From positions 310,001-374,000 of the forward strand of contig MU053431.1 of assembly GCA_013239625.1 (NCBI GenBank): a DNA stretch of 64,000 bases, in the 5' to 3' direction. Position numbers and translations under genes: made by a program. Positions 50,601-62,830 of this stretch are shown here, one piece after another. Numbering within the stretch: position 1 is the first letter of the stretch; every line of letters begins with the position of its first letter. A model generated the notes under the pieces. That model was not told the DNA's origin. It was given only the letters and a program-made list of their open reading frames with translations, and ran no database searches. The DNA is from Lama guanicoe. Its lineage: Eukaryota.

Positions 50601-52009
50601 TTACGTTTTTAGGGTGCTCCGTTCTAGCCTCAAGGTCTATTGTAATCTGCAGGTGAGATCATTGGTGGTTTTTAATTTTACTTTTGGTGTCTGTGTTACC
50701 CAAATATTTGTGTTCTTTAGGAAAAAAACTCAAAACAAATGTGGAGGGCTTCACATCAGGCAAGAATCCACCTTCTCCCTCACTGAACTTCTCCGCAGGA
50801 TGTGGCATTTCTTCCTGTTTACCCCAGGGAGTTGAGCTGTGGGGCGGGTCGGGGAGGAGGCGCGGACACCTCGAAACACCACGAGAAGGTGACTCGACTT
50901 CGGAGTCACCTGGAGTTGCCTTCACTTTCTTTTGTAGTGTGTGTGCAGGTGTGGTTTGAAAGTGGGAACTACAGGCAGATTTTAAGTCTGATGTGTTTAA
51001 AAAGGTTGATGTGTTAAAAGCAGGTCACTGAACAAGTCAAGGGCTGGAGGGAAGAGAGTCAAGATTCACATCCTCTGGGGTTCCAGGGATGCAAGGAAGT
51101 AAAGATGAGAGAGTCTGGAGTCACAGGTGAGGGCTGAGGATCTTGGAAGGACTCCGGGTCAGCCAAGTCCCCTAGACGGCCTTCGGCACTTGGGCCTTCC
51201 CCCGCTGAGACCCTCAGCGAGTCCCCCAGCCCAGGAGTCTTCCTCCCTCTTCCGGTCCACAAGTGGTGCTGGCCCACCCCCGCCCCGCCAGTAGTAGCCA
51301 GAGTCCTGACCTTGGTAGCAGCCGCGGGTAATGACAAGCAGGAGACCAGGGCTGCTCCCAGCCCCCTTCCCGCCTCTGCCCCCGACCGTAACAAGCTCCT
51401 CTCTGGCCTTGCTCTGACGGCATCTTTGGTCATCCCCAAATGACCATCTTTCCTTTCCGTATTTCTTCTCTGTGTGACTAATGCCTGGTTGTTTATAGTC
51501 CTCTGAGTACCCCCAGGGCTGGCGGGGCAGAAGGGAATATCTGGTGTCACAGCAGGACAGCCTGGGCCTCTTCCAGGCTCACCGCCCCCCAGCCCCAAGG
51601 CGCCAAGGCAAGTCAGTCAGTGTCCCCGCGGCGCACTTCCCTCCCCCGGGAAAGGCAGGCGTGGCGGCCGCTCTGCAGGACTGGCTGAGGAGCTGGAGCA
51701 AAGCACGTCAGGCCACCAGCACAGGGTCTGGACCAAACGTGCTCAGTGAATGTACCCATGACTATCCCTATTTCCAGACGAGTGCCTGGTGGACGTCTGT
51801 TCTAGCGCGGCTGGAGAAGAGTCTGACTGTATCAACTGCTTTAAGAAGATGTTCCCCAAGCCTGGCCCTTGGAATGTGTTCATAACTGTCGCTCTGGGCA
51901 GTGGGGGGGCCATACTTCCCACCTTCACTTTTTAAAATGTAGTTTTTGGATATTTGTTAAAAGGCAGCAAACCTAGGTGGAAAAAGTCAGATCCCGATGT
52001 AGGGCTTGG

Positions 52010-52200
52010 TGTGTGCCAGGTACCGTCCTGATGCTGACTGTATTTCATCTGTATTTAATCCTGTAGGACTATAATTGCTCCCATTTTACAGATAAGATAG
52101 CTGAGGTTCAGAGATGTTAAAGCATTTGCCCTGGCACACAGCTTCTAAGGAGCAGAACCAAGATTTGGACCCAGGCGTCTGGCTCAAAACCATCACACTC
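52010..52200 (-). mobile_element. MIR SINE
   Basis: CCCATTTTACAGATAAGATAGCTGAGGTTCAGAGATGTTAA..TTGCCC..GATTTGGACCCAGGCGTCTGGCTC. Confidence 0.85.
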
Positions 52201-53339
52201 CATCCCTTGCCAGTTGCCCAAGGTCAAGTCTCCTGGTGTCCAGGCAACACTTGCTAACTGCCCTTCACGTTAATGTTGTTGACTGATTGGCCACCACTCT
52301 GTGCTGTGCATTTTGCCTGAATATGTCAACCTGTATCTGTGGCATTATTCAACTTTTATGGTGCCTAAAATATTTATTCTGCACAAGTTTCTTCCCCACA
52401 GACCTGTGGCCGGAGGAAGGCAGTGTTAGCAAAACACCAGCAGTGGGAAAACCACTCAGACTGTGAGGCCCTCGCACCGGCTGGAACCTCTAGAGCAAAA
52501 ATTCTGAAGTGAGGAGAAACATATGCAGATTCCGTTTCTAAAAGATCCAGGGCAGATCAGTGAATAAGTGGTGTCCAAGGTGAATGGGTTTTGGAGTAAC
52601 CTAATTCAGTCGCACCCAAATATCGTGAAAAACGTAGTTTTCATTTTTATTCCTTGGCCACGTCCCAAACGGAGAAGCAGAATATTCGTATCCTGCTATG
52701 AGTAAACCCAGAGTGGAAACAGAGTTGGTTCTGTACCTCGTGTGGGGGTGAGACTCAGAGACATCATTCCAAGTTTTAAGCAGCTATGTGCTTTAGAATA
52801 AATCCCCCAAAGCACGATTTCATGAAACTTTTTTTTTGGAGCAGGTCTTCTTTTACAAAAAAAAAAAATGCACATGCAAAAACAGACTTTACGTTGATAT
52901 ATTTTATTCTCATTAACTTATGCATAAGCAGATTTCCCTAATTTGTTTTTTTTTTTGTTCTGTATTAAAGCAAAGTGAATATGAATCAGATTTTTATTAT
53001 TTCTTTAAGCGACTAATTCACCTTGGAGCACTTTTTTGGTGCTGTCTATTTTAATCTAAGCCTGCATTTATATTTCATGAACTCCTCTTGGTGCTCCATC
53101 AATATATTATAATTTTAAAATGTCTCATGGTCAGGTACGTTTAGAAAATGCTGATCTAGAACTCTCTGAAGTGTTTTCTTGTCCTGTAGAAAAGAGGTAA
53201 GTTTTTTGTAGCTGGGAACAGTTCCGCCATCTGTTTTGATGATATCGGGTTAACGATGGCATGGAATGGGCTATAGATATAAAAATGATTAAGAAAAGGG
53301 ACCTACAAAGAAAATGGTGTCCTTGGGTTGTACCCTTGG

Positions 53340-54830
53340 TGAAATCAGAAGCCACTGGAGAGTTTCATAGAGAAGAGACAATAACTGACTTTGAAAGACT
53401 CTGGTCAGGTTGGAAGAGAAAGTGGAGAGGAAGGATGGAGGCATGGCGGAGGCAGGGGGGCGTTGCAGTCAGCAGGCAGGAGAGGTCTGTGGCTTGGTTC
53501 CAGGGCGGTGGCCGCTGGTGAGGAACGGTCAGATTCTGGGTATACTCTGGAGCGCAGGATTTGCTACAGATGGGACAGAGGGTGCATGAGGGAGAGGGGG
53601 GTTGAGGACCCCTCAAGAAATTTGACCTGAAAACGTGGCAAGGTGGATTTTCCATTTGCGAAGATGAAGACGACTTTGGTTGAATTTGAGGGTGATGGAT
53701 GAAAAGTCCCATTGGAACATTTTAAATCTGAGTTGCGCCTTAGCGATCTCATTGTGGATGCTGGTGGGAGTCTGGAAGTCAGCGAGAGGAACTCTCCAGA
53801 ACTCCAAATAAAATCAGGGCTGTTAGTGTATAGATGATTTGGCAATAAGTTGGATGAGATCCCTTGGGAAAGTGGTTTTCAAACTTGGCTGCACACAGCA
53901 ATCACCTGGGAAGCTTTGAAAACAGTCTGATGCCTCTGTGCCACCCAAGAGATTCCGATTGAATTGATCCAGGGAGCATTGAAGGTTTTCACAACGCCCC
54001 AAGTGATTGTGAGCTGGAGTCAGGACTGAGAACCACTACCCCGGGGACCTGCTTGAGAGAAAGAAGGAACAGAACTGAGCCCTGAGCCCGGCATTCCAAC
54101 ATTTTTAGGAGTGACCAGCAAGGGAGACCAGAAGGATATCAGTGAAGAAAGTGGAGAATCAAGTAAGTCCGTTGTCCTGGAAGCAAGTGGAGACAGGGGA
54201 CAGTGGCCAGCTGTGTCAGGTCCTGCAGACAAGCACCTGAGGACTGAAACAAGACCACTGGGCTCTGCCGCGGGGAGGTCCTCGAGTCCTTCTCATGGGC
54301 AGTTTCGGTGAGTGGTAGGGACACTAGCATGATGGGAAACGTTCAGCAGAGAAGGGACGAGAGGGACGCGATACAAGTATAGACAGCTCTCTGGAACGTT
54401 AGCAGAAAGGGGAAAAGCTAAGTGAGCTGGAGGGGGAGACGACCGGGAGAGTTCAGGAGGCGTTCTGTTCCTTGGGTTTAGATGGGACTCATGGCATTGA
54501 CAGGTTTGATGTTATGCAGGCGACCCACGGGAGTGAGGAAAACTGCTGAAGCGCTGAACCTGGGTCCCGGAGTATTTCAGAGGGAAGGCCAGTGCCAGAG
54601 TCGGGGGGTGGCCTTGGATGAGAGCACGGGCTGGTCACCAAAAGCAACAACAGGGAGGGCAGAAGGCAGGGGTCTGTCTGCACACAGGCCAGGGGCTGTG
54701 ATGGTCGCAGGACGTGCAAGTCCTCTTCTGACTGCTTCTGTGTTCTCCGTGAACCGGGAAGCAAGGCCTTCTGCTGTGAGTGGGGACGGAGGAGGTGTCG
54801 CTGTTTCAAAGAGAGGAAAGAAGACGTAGA
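53340..54830 (-). mobile_element. Long L2 LINE remnant (about 1.5 kb) with nested MER5A
   Basis: AGCCACTGGAGAGTTT, GTCAGATTCTGGGTATACT, GGAGTGACCAGCAAGGGAGAC, GTCCTGGAAGCAAGTG, GAGGACTGAAA, AAGTATAGACAGCTCT occur in antisense L2 order. Confidence 0.75.
53871..54038. mobile_element. MER5A hAT MITE
   Basis: AGTGGTTTTCAAACTTGGCTGCACA..AATCACCTGGGAAGCTTT ... TGAGAACCACT terminal inverted repeats. Confidence 0.85.
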
Positions 54831-55747
54831 GTGATCCTCCGGTGGGGGGGGGGCCCAGACCCGAGCACACACCTGGTTCAAACTGAGAAGGCTGGGCCCC
54901 AACCCCCTGGTTTCTGATTCCACAGAGGCTGCCGATGCTGTGGGCGGCGGGGCCAGTTCTGAGGACCGGCGCACTAGGGCTTAGGGACCCGCCAGGGTGC
55001 TCGTGGCTTTGCTTTCTCTTGGTTTCTGGTTGAGGCCAGGTAGGGTGGTTGCACTGTCCTTTCAGGGGTGCATATGCAGGTGTAGGTAGAGTTGGATCTG
55101 ACCAGAAGGGACCTGGTTAGGTGAGTGCAAGGAAGAAACACATATCCTCTGTTCCTGAAAAGCCTCTAGAAAGCTGGCTTTAATAATGAAGTGAAAATAA
55201 GTCGCCTTTAATAAGAATTCCACCAAGCAGGGCCGGGTAGGATATATGCACTGACCTGTGTATTAATAACCACCGTGTCACAGCCGCAGGGACTGCCAGA
55301 TAAAGGAAGTCACAGCAGCTCTGGCCAGTAACAGCTCCCGGGGTCACCGGGTCTGCCTGAGCTTCCTTCGACTTTATCAAAATTGTGAAGATCTTGCATA
55401 TGTATGGCCCGTTGGTGCGCACGTATGACAGGTTTTCACAGTATGGAAAGCTATGGAAGAGTCACTTGCGACCTCGTATTTCCCTCTCTCAGGTTCATTT
55501 TTCTCACCATCGATAAAGTGTGATTAATAATGTCTACCTCTAAGGACTGCAGTGATGTAAAGCGGGGCCACTAACTGCTGTCTCTGGAGGCACGCGGCTC
55601 AGTACCGGGAAGGCAGTTACCTACCTGTGCGTACCTAAGCCGTGTGGTTTCCGCTACCCTATGTCATTCTGGGCCTGATGCTCCTCGGGGGTCTTAATGG
55701 TCTTGTCCAGTGGTCTCAGAAGGTGGTAAATGTCCAAGAGTGGGCCC

Positions 55748-56209
55748 GGTGAATGGAAAAGCAAAATGGAGTTGCTATTGTTAAAAGAGCTCTCTAACGT
55801 GGACCTGGGAGGCCACAGAGGAGGTGTGCCTTCTGCACATCTCAGCCTGGTGGAATCCAACCTTTGGGCCTGATGGAGTCATTCAGAACACCTGCCAGAA
55901 ACTCAAACCACTTATCAGACCTTTACCCTAAAATAAGCCATGATAGTCTGTCCACTTGTCAGACCCTCCCCTAAAATACCTTGTGACTCCTCAGGACAAA
56001 TCCTTTGCCACTCACATCAAAGGCAGTCACAGTTCTCGGCCAGCAACTCTGAACAGCCTTGTGGCTTTTTGTCTTTATAAGCCCCTCTCTTTCTCTGAAC
56101 ACTCTTTTGGGGTTACTTGAATCTGTGCCTCCCCAGTGGCAGTTCTTAAGCCCCCCGAAAACTATTTTCTTATTTGCATCCTTCCTCCTTCATTCTTTTT
56201 TAGTTGACA
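55748..56209 (+). mobile_element. ERV1-like solo LTR (462 bp)
   Basis: Flanked by GCCC at 55744-55747 and 56210-56213; ends TTAGTTGACA; contains AAAATGGAGTTG, an internal direct repeat TCAGACC..CCCTAAAATA (twice), TATA-like TTTATAAG and TGAATCTGTGCCTCCC. Confidence 0.65.
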
Positions 56210-57879
56210 GCCCCAGTTCTCAATCTCCTCTTGCTCGAGAAGCAAATGAAGGCTCCCAACAAAATGGCAGCTGGAGATGAGAAGAGAGGAACTTGGAAGA
56301 TTCAAAGTGTGTGTAGGTGTATGTGCGCTTTTAAATTTACATACATTGCGTCTCAATTGCTGTTGGTCACAGCATCTTCCCAGCTTTTAGATTAAAAAAA
56401 TGGATCTCACATTCTACCCCAAACATGCAGTCTCTGGTGATAAAAAAGCTTCTGAGCAAGCTTGGCTTTGGAGCCCTCGGCCCTCTCCCAGTTAATGCCG
56501 TTAGCTTCCAGATGGATGGAGTCAGAGTTCACTGCCTGGCTCCTTAATGAGTTTCCCATAAGTCGGGGCCGCTTCGTAGAGGTCAAATTGGTAACCACGA
56601 AGAATGAGCACCACTGCCGTGTAGAGTACGCGGAGTGCACCTGCAACTGCCAAATGGCTGCTTCACCGCACTTTCAGAAAAACTGGCACTTCAAGCACTC
56701 CTGACGGCTAACTTGAAAATCAGAGATTATTATGGTCATTGTCAGTGAATCAGGATATGAAATCTGTTGACGACATACTTTATACATTGGAGAACTAATT
56801 CTTGATTATTTGTTGCTTTGGATTTATACTGAAATTATCTCTCTTGAAGCCTTTCCGGTGGTGGCTTTTGGTCTTGGATCTGCACTGTGCAAACTTTAAA
56901 TACTCATTGAATCCTCTCTGATTCCCCTCGGGCTATTTCCTCTTAAAGACGGAGGTGCAGTGTGCTCAAATTTCTGGTCTTTGCATTGATGAAGGTTCTG
57001 GCTTTTTAGGAGTGTGGCTTGGAGCTAGGATTTGAGAGTTTGGGATTCTGTATGTGCAAAAAGTGATCAGAAGCCTCAGGATACTTTGGAAATTTCCTGT
57101 TTGATTTTTCTTTAATTGGGCGAAACAGGTCAGAGAAAACAGTCATTGGGTAAAGGGGCACGTTTGGCTCCATTCAGGTTCCTTCCCTTCCGCGGCCAAC
57201 ACTGTCAAACCTTGCTGTGAAAACTGCCTTACAGCGATCTTCTGTAACATTTTGTCTCAGTGACGCGTATTCTTTTAGAAACCAGTTTGAAAACGTTGCG
57301 TATCTTCTCTGGCAGTTGGCTGGAGAAATGCCTGAACAAGAGGAATGTTGTTTCATGCAAATTCCAAGTCTTCCTAATAAGCCTTAAGCGAGAGGAGGCC
57401 CCTTCAAAGGGAAGTGAGAAGAGGATGATCCTGTTTTCTACGGCAGAGCTCCAGTCCTGGGGATCGGCACCGCCAAGTGCGATGACGTAATCCGCAGTCC
57501 TCGTGGTTCTGGTTGATGATGCGTTGCTCCCAGTCACTCACTGCCCTTCCTGTGACAGGATTACACGACCTTGTCCCTGTTAACACCAGGCTTGTCTGCC
57601 GGGCTTGCTTTGGCCAGTAAGATGTGAGCAAAAATGGTACATGGCGTCCCTCTAATCATGGCATCAAGCCCACGACGATGCCCACGTCCTGTGGGAGGCT
57701 CTGGTCCCTGTACTGTCCCCCATTGCCAGCCGTAGAACGGGAGTGGGGTGGGGGGTGCAGGGCTGCAGAGGCCTGTATCATCGCCAGCCCCTGAGATTCT
57801 GGGCCGGGGGGGCGGTCTTGTGACCACTTCCCAGCCAACAGAAAACTAACACAGTGACAAAGTTCATTTTTATTGAATT

Positions 57880-58070
57880 AGGTATTATTCCAAGTGTGCT
57901 TCTTCTGTTAACCCATTCAGTCCTCACAGCAACGCTACTGTTCTCCTTATTTAGAGGTGGGGTGACTAGGACCTTGAGAAATTACCTCCCCCCCCAGGTG
58001 AGCAGGTAGGAAGTGACGGCGCCGTTACCACAGGCAGGCAGGCTGGACGGTCCGTGTGCACGCTGAGCCA
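57880..58070 (-). mobile_element. MIR SINE
   Basis: TTAACCCATTCAGTCCTCACAGCAAC..CCTTATTTAGAGGTGGGG..GGTAGGAAGTGACGG. Confidence 0.55.
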
Positions 58071-58439
58071 GCAGCCGATCTGCTGAAGCGGGCAGGACAG
58101 CTTCTGGAATAAACTGCAGTCTGCCCCTTGGATTGCTTCAAAGCAAAGTCTCCTTAGAGGAGTGAAATCACGCCACAAAAGGGAAGGAGTGGGAAACCCA
58201 GGGGCCCAGAGCCTGGCATTGGGTTTGGAAAGCGTTTGGAGTCTATGCCACGATTAGCAGGACGCGCGGCGAGGGAAAGTTCCTCCCAGCTCCCACGCCG
58301 CACGTTTGCAGAGTGTTAAATTTCACAAAGCCCAGCAGGCAGCTAACAGAGTTACCAGATCATTTTTCCCAGGCATCGTTTTTCCTTTACTGTTTGACTA
58401 GTTTGTAATAAGATTATTCTTCCCAAGAAAAAGCACTCT

Positions 58440-59110
58440 ATTCTTCTAATAAACTTATAATTTTGAAGGAATATTCAATTTACAGGAAACTGCAGTGACT
58501 GTACAGAAGGGCCCTCTTTGTCCTCCACCCAGCTTTCTCCAGTGTTAACATCTCACGTGGCCATCGCACCTTTGTCAAAACTGAGTGCTTAGCTCGATGC
58601 ATACCCTTCCCTAAATTCCAGGCTTTAGTCCCGTGTCACTAGTTTTCCTAGCAATGTGCCTTCCTGCTCCAGGGTCAATCCAGAATCCACTTTATATTAA
58701 TGTCATCGCTCCTTCATCTTTCCGCTCTCCCCACGTGCTCTGTGGGCATGTGGTGGGTGGGTTCCTGGAGGAGAAGCCAGCAGGAGGGTGGGGAGTCCTC
58801 CTATCTGCAGACCCCAGGGCCTTTGCACCCTCAGCTGACCTGCTATTAGCCTTTTGCAACAAGTTCAGAAGTTCTGCTGCTGTCTTCCTGCTGGCTTGTG
58901 CGGCATCTGCTGCAGGTAGCACCTGTTCAGGCCCGCTGCCCCCTGCAGGCGCCTGTCTCTTTCCAGGTCCCTGGTTGGTTATTTGCTCTGCAACCTCAGT
59001 TCTCTGATGGGTTCAAGAAAAGTCAAGCACTTGGGAGTTTTTCCAGCTTTTTTCTTGTCAGTGTGGAGAGGACACTCAGTCCAGCTCTCCACAACTCCAA
59101 GCAGAGGCTG
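58440..59110 (-). mobile_element. L1MC/MD-like remnants (3' end, then a probable 5' end)
   Basis: 58440-58735 is an antisense 3' end (CACCCAGCTTTCTCCAGTGTTAACATCT..TTTGTCAAAACT). About 58970-59110, CTCTGCAACCTCAGTTCTCTGATGGGTTCAAGAAAAGT resembles an antisense L1MD 5' end. Confidence 0.6.
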
Positions 59111-59439
59111 GTTTCGCTCTGTCCTTTCAAAAGAAAGCACCTCTTTGCTCCAGAAATATCAGCACGTGGGACCTCGTTTTAAGAGGCAAGTGGACAAATG
59201 CCCAGGATTATGCAGAAGGGTGTTGATCAAATCTGACCACTAGCGAAGCCTTAGAAACGTTAGGGACGTTCTCAGATAACACACATAGAGGTGCAATGCC
59301 AGATTTGAATGCTCTGTGCGCCGCTCACAGTGACCTGTAGCTCTGGACCGTCAGCGTGGTCATCGACGTAATGGGACAGATTATCAAGTGACAATTCCGA
59401 CTCCAAATTGTGGCCTAGTCTCGGATCCCGATTCCTTTA

Positions 59440-59900
59440 ACTTGAGCGGGTTCCCGCGTGAGTGCGCGTGCACGTCTGCCCGTGGGCGTCACCGGCTGTA
59501 ACTGAAAACGCTTCACCGGAAACGCTCAAAGCGCTGGTGGCGGGGCTCTGGCGAGTATCTAACTTTATGCTTTTCCTTAGGGTTTCTGAGAATATGTATT
59601 CGGAAGCGAGCCTGTGTTTCGAATGAATGCGGTTAGGAAAAAGCGGTTTTCAGACGCGGGAAAGCCAAGCGGCCGCTGTTTCCATGTCGGGGACAAGGGC
59701 GCGGACAGCGCGATGCCCAGCGAGCGCAGGATCGTCCCTGTGATGGATGTCACTGCCCCGGGCGGGGAGCCCCTGGGGCCGCGTTACAGACCGAGGCTGG
59801 CAGCGCCTTCCCCCGGAGGGCAGGTCCCCAGACCACGGGTCCAGGGGCCGCTTTGCTGCGGAGCCGCCACGTGCTTCCCCCAAGTTCAAGTCCTCAGAGC
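59440..59900. promoter_or_regulatory. CpG-island-like segment
   Basis: About 460 bp of dense CpG (CCCGCGTGAGTGCGCGTGCACG, AGCGGCCGC, GGGCGCGGACAGCGCG, GGGCGGGG GC-box); not computed. Confidence 0.5.
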
Positions 59901-60846
59901 TTCAGTTTCTCAGCTTTCACCAGTGGGACTCGTAAACCTCCACGAGGTTACTGTGAGGGTCTCCAGCAGTGATGTGTGCGCAGCCCCCCCCCCACCTGTG
60001 CGCCCTGGTGTGGGGTAAGCACGCGATGAGGGCAGATAGTGACCCGCGTTAGCCGTGGCCTGCGTCTGTGTGCGGTGAGTCCAGAGATGTTAGAGAGCGT
60101 GTAGTCCACTCAAGGATGTATTTCCCACCTGGGCTCCCGGCTTGCTCACTTCTGGAAATTTCTGAAAACCCTCCATCTGGGGCCCTGGCCCCTGCTCCAT
60201 AAATGTGGTTTTAACTCCTCATGAGGCTGGGGGAGGGCGGTGCAGCCCCCTGCTGCTGCTCAGGGGGTGGGGGTTGGGGCACAGCTCCCCCCTTGGCCTG
60301 GGCAGCGCCACCAAGAGCACCCAGCTGGAAAAGAAAAACCCTTAATTGTCCTCCCTTTAGAAGCAAAGGTACAGATACCACGCCCTCTCCTGTCCCCCAC
60401 AACTCATCCATCAAACCCAACAAATCTGCTTCAGGAAGCAGAGATGGTTAACTTCATCTGGGCTTGGACTCCTCCACAAAGGCCACTGTCAACAGCTACC
60501 ACGCTGGCAGCACAAACAAGGCAGAAAGATGTCCCGTGGAGGAGACTCGTGGCGTTCTAGTCCCAGAAGCAGTGGGATGTGGGTCAGGTTTCACCATCAC
60601 AGAAACCCACAGCACAGTCTTCCCAGCGTCCTCCAGCTCGCCCGGGCACTTGCAGTGCACAGTTTGACACAGAAGCCACATTTGAGGAAACAAATCAGAT
60701 GAGTCAAATTGGCAGATGTTGCCCAAACATGCCCGTTTTATTTGTTTTCCTTTTGAAATCCAGGCAGCTCAGGGAGACAGCAGCTTATGTGGTTAGCTAA
60801 TCTCTATGCTGTGCATTCCCTAATGGATTAGTTTTTTAAACCACTC

Positions 60847-61852
60847 TTTTTTTTTTAAATAGAGGTATGAGTGATGTGTAACAGCTGTACATATTAAATG
60901 TATGAATCTCAAGGAGTTTTGGGGTAAATGTAGTCCCATTAAACCACGGCCACTGTCAAGGCCACAGACACATCCATCACCTCCCAAAGGCTCCTCCTAC
61001 CCCCTTTATTACCATTATTACTAATTTTGTGATAAGAACACTTAATGTAATATCTACCATCTTGAAAAATTTTAAGCATACAGTACAGTATTGTCAGCTG
61101 TAGGCACTATGCTGTGTAGAACATCTCTAGAACTTGCTCGTCCTGCATAAGTGAAACTTTGCACCTCGTGATCAGCATCTCCCAGTTTCCCTCCCCAGCC
61201 CTGGTGGTCACCATTCTCCTCTTTGCTTCTGGAGCTTGAGTATATTAGAGTTCACTTACAAGTGAGGTCACACAGCATTTGTCTTCCAATGTCCGGCATT
61301 CACTCAGCACAATGTCCTCCAGGTCAATCTGTGTTGTTGCAAATGGCAGCATTTCCTTGTTTTTAAAGGCTGTATAGTATTCCATTTCAAATATACTACA
61401 TTTTCTTCATCCGCTCACCTGTCAATGGACATTCATGTGATCTCCATATCTGGGCCTGTTGTGAATGAACATGCAAAACGTGCAGTGAACGTAGGGGAGC
61501 AGGTGTCTCTCTCAGAGCCTTAGTTCAGTTCCTTTAGATAAATAACCATAAGCAGGATTGCTGAACCCTATGGTGGTTCTGTTTTTAACCTTTTGAGGAA
61601 TCCCCATATTGTTTTCCGCCGTGACTCTGCCAGCTTACACTCCCACCAGCGGTGCTTCAGGGTTTCCCTTTTGCCATAGTCACCGCAGCTGTTTTTCTTA
61701 AAAACGGCCGTTCTAAGAGGTGTGAGGAGACACCTCAGGGCGGTTAGATCTGCATTTCCCTGGTGATTGGTGATGTCGGGTACCTTTTCCGGAACCTGTT
61801 GGCTATCTGTCTCTTTGGACAGGTGTCTGTTCAGGTCATTTGAACATTTTTT
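60847..61852 (-). mobile_element. L1MA10/L1MB-like 3' kilobase
   Basis: Poly-T, then antisense 3' UTR and ORF2 end: TCTCTAGAACTT, GTTGCAAATGGCAG, TTTTGAGGAATCCCCATATTGTTTTCC, TGCATTTCCCTGGTGATTGGTGATG. Confidence 0.9.
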
Positions 61853-62559
61853 AAGAGGGCCCGGAGCCTAGATGTGCTGTGAAGTCAATGTTTACGTCCA
61901 TCACTCTCCTTTGCCCTGTGGGAGAGTGCGGGGTGGGGGACAGCAGTCTGGGCCTGTGAGGGCTGGGGGGGTGGAAGGGGGGCAACGTGGGTGGAGTGGC
62001 TCTCCTCCTGCCCTTTTCAGGATAAGGAGGCTCCTTTCTCTTCTCCACTCGGGTGCTGCAGTCTCTCCCCTGGGATCCAGAGCTGCCGTGAAGGTGTGTT
62101 CACATGTGGATGGTTGTTTATGTTTTTTTTAACGTGAGGAGGCACAGGGTGCGACCTCCCATTGTGTCATGGTGCTGCTGTCCCCTTAGCCGATTCCTTC
62201 TATAGCCGTTAAATCACTATCCACCAAATGGAAAGCCCTCATTAAAACAGGTGGAGGACAGAGATCACTTCCCCTGCTTTCTGGATTTCTCGGCCCCAAC
62301 AAGTAGATCAGACCCCAGTTCAGGTGGAAATGTATTACACGACGATTCAACACAGAGTGTGTGCGACGCCGGCATGCCACAGGGAGGGCACAGCGCGGAG
62401 GGGCCTGCTCCCGGCCCAGGGTCGCAGGCACCAGGAAACCTCCTCTGCTGGGAGCGGTTTGACCTGGGACATGTCGATCCTCTGTGGCCTCCGTGTAAAG
62501 TCCTCCTGGCAGGACACAGATGGACACGACAGGGGCAGGGTATGGAGGTGGGATGGGAA

Positions 62560-62830
62560 CCAGGATGCTTTCTGGACTCCAGAGCAAGGCGGCAAAGTCA
62601 GGGACAGTGAGACCAGCCGCCCTGGGAAGTTGGGATGGGAATGGAACAGAGGACGGAAGGCGGCTGACGCAGGATGAACCGCGGGATGACAAGTTCGGCC
62701 TCTATTTTCAGCCCAGGAAATGGGGCCAAGCAAGGGTCAGAGAGCTTGGTTAGGAGGCTGTTAAAATAAACCTTGACCAGAGGCCCTGGGGCTGGTCCAA
62801 GACAGCAAGAGGGGAGACGGGAGGAGGAGT
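62560..62830 (-). mobile_element. L2 fragment
   Basis: GGTTAGGAGGCTGTTAAAATAA and other antisense L2-like text; weak. Confidence 0.4.

Noticed and set aside
57345..57362. Octamer ATGCAAAT with upstream TTGT as a possible Sox-Oct element
   Set aside because: The Sox half-site and spacing do not match the canonical composite, and a lone octamer is expected by chance.
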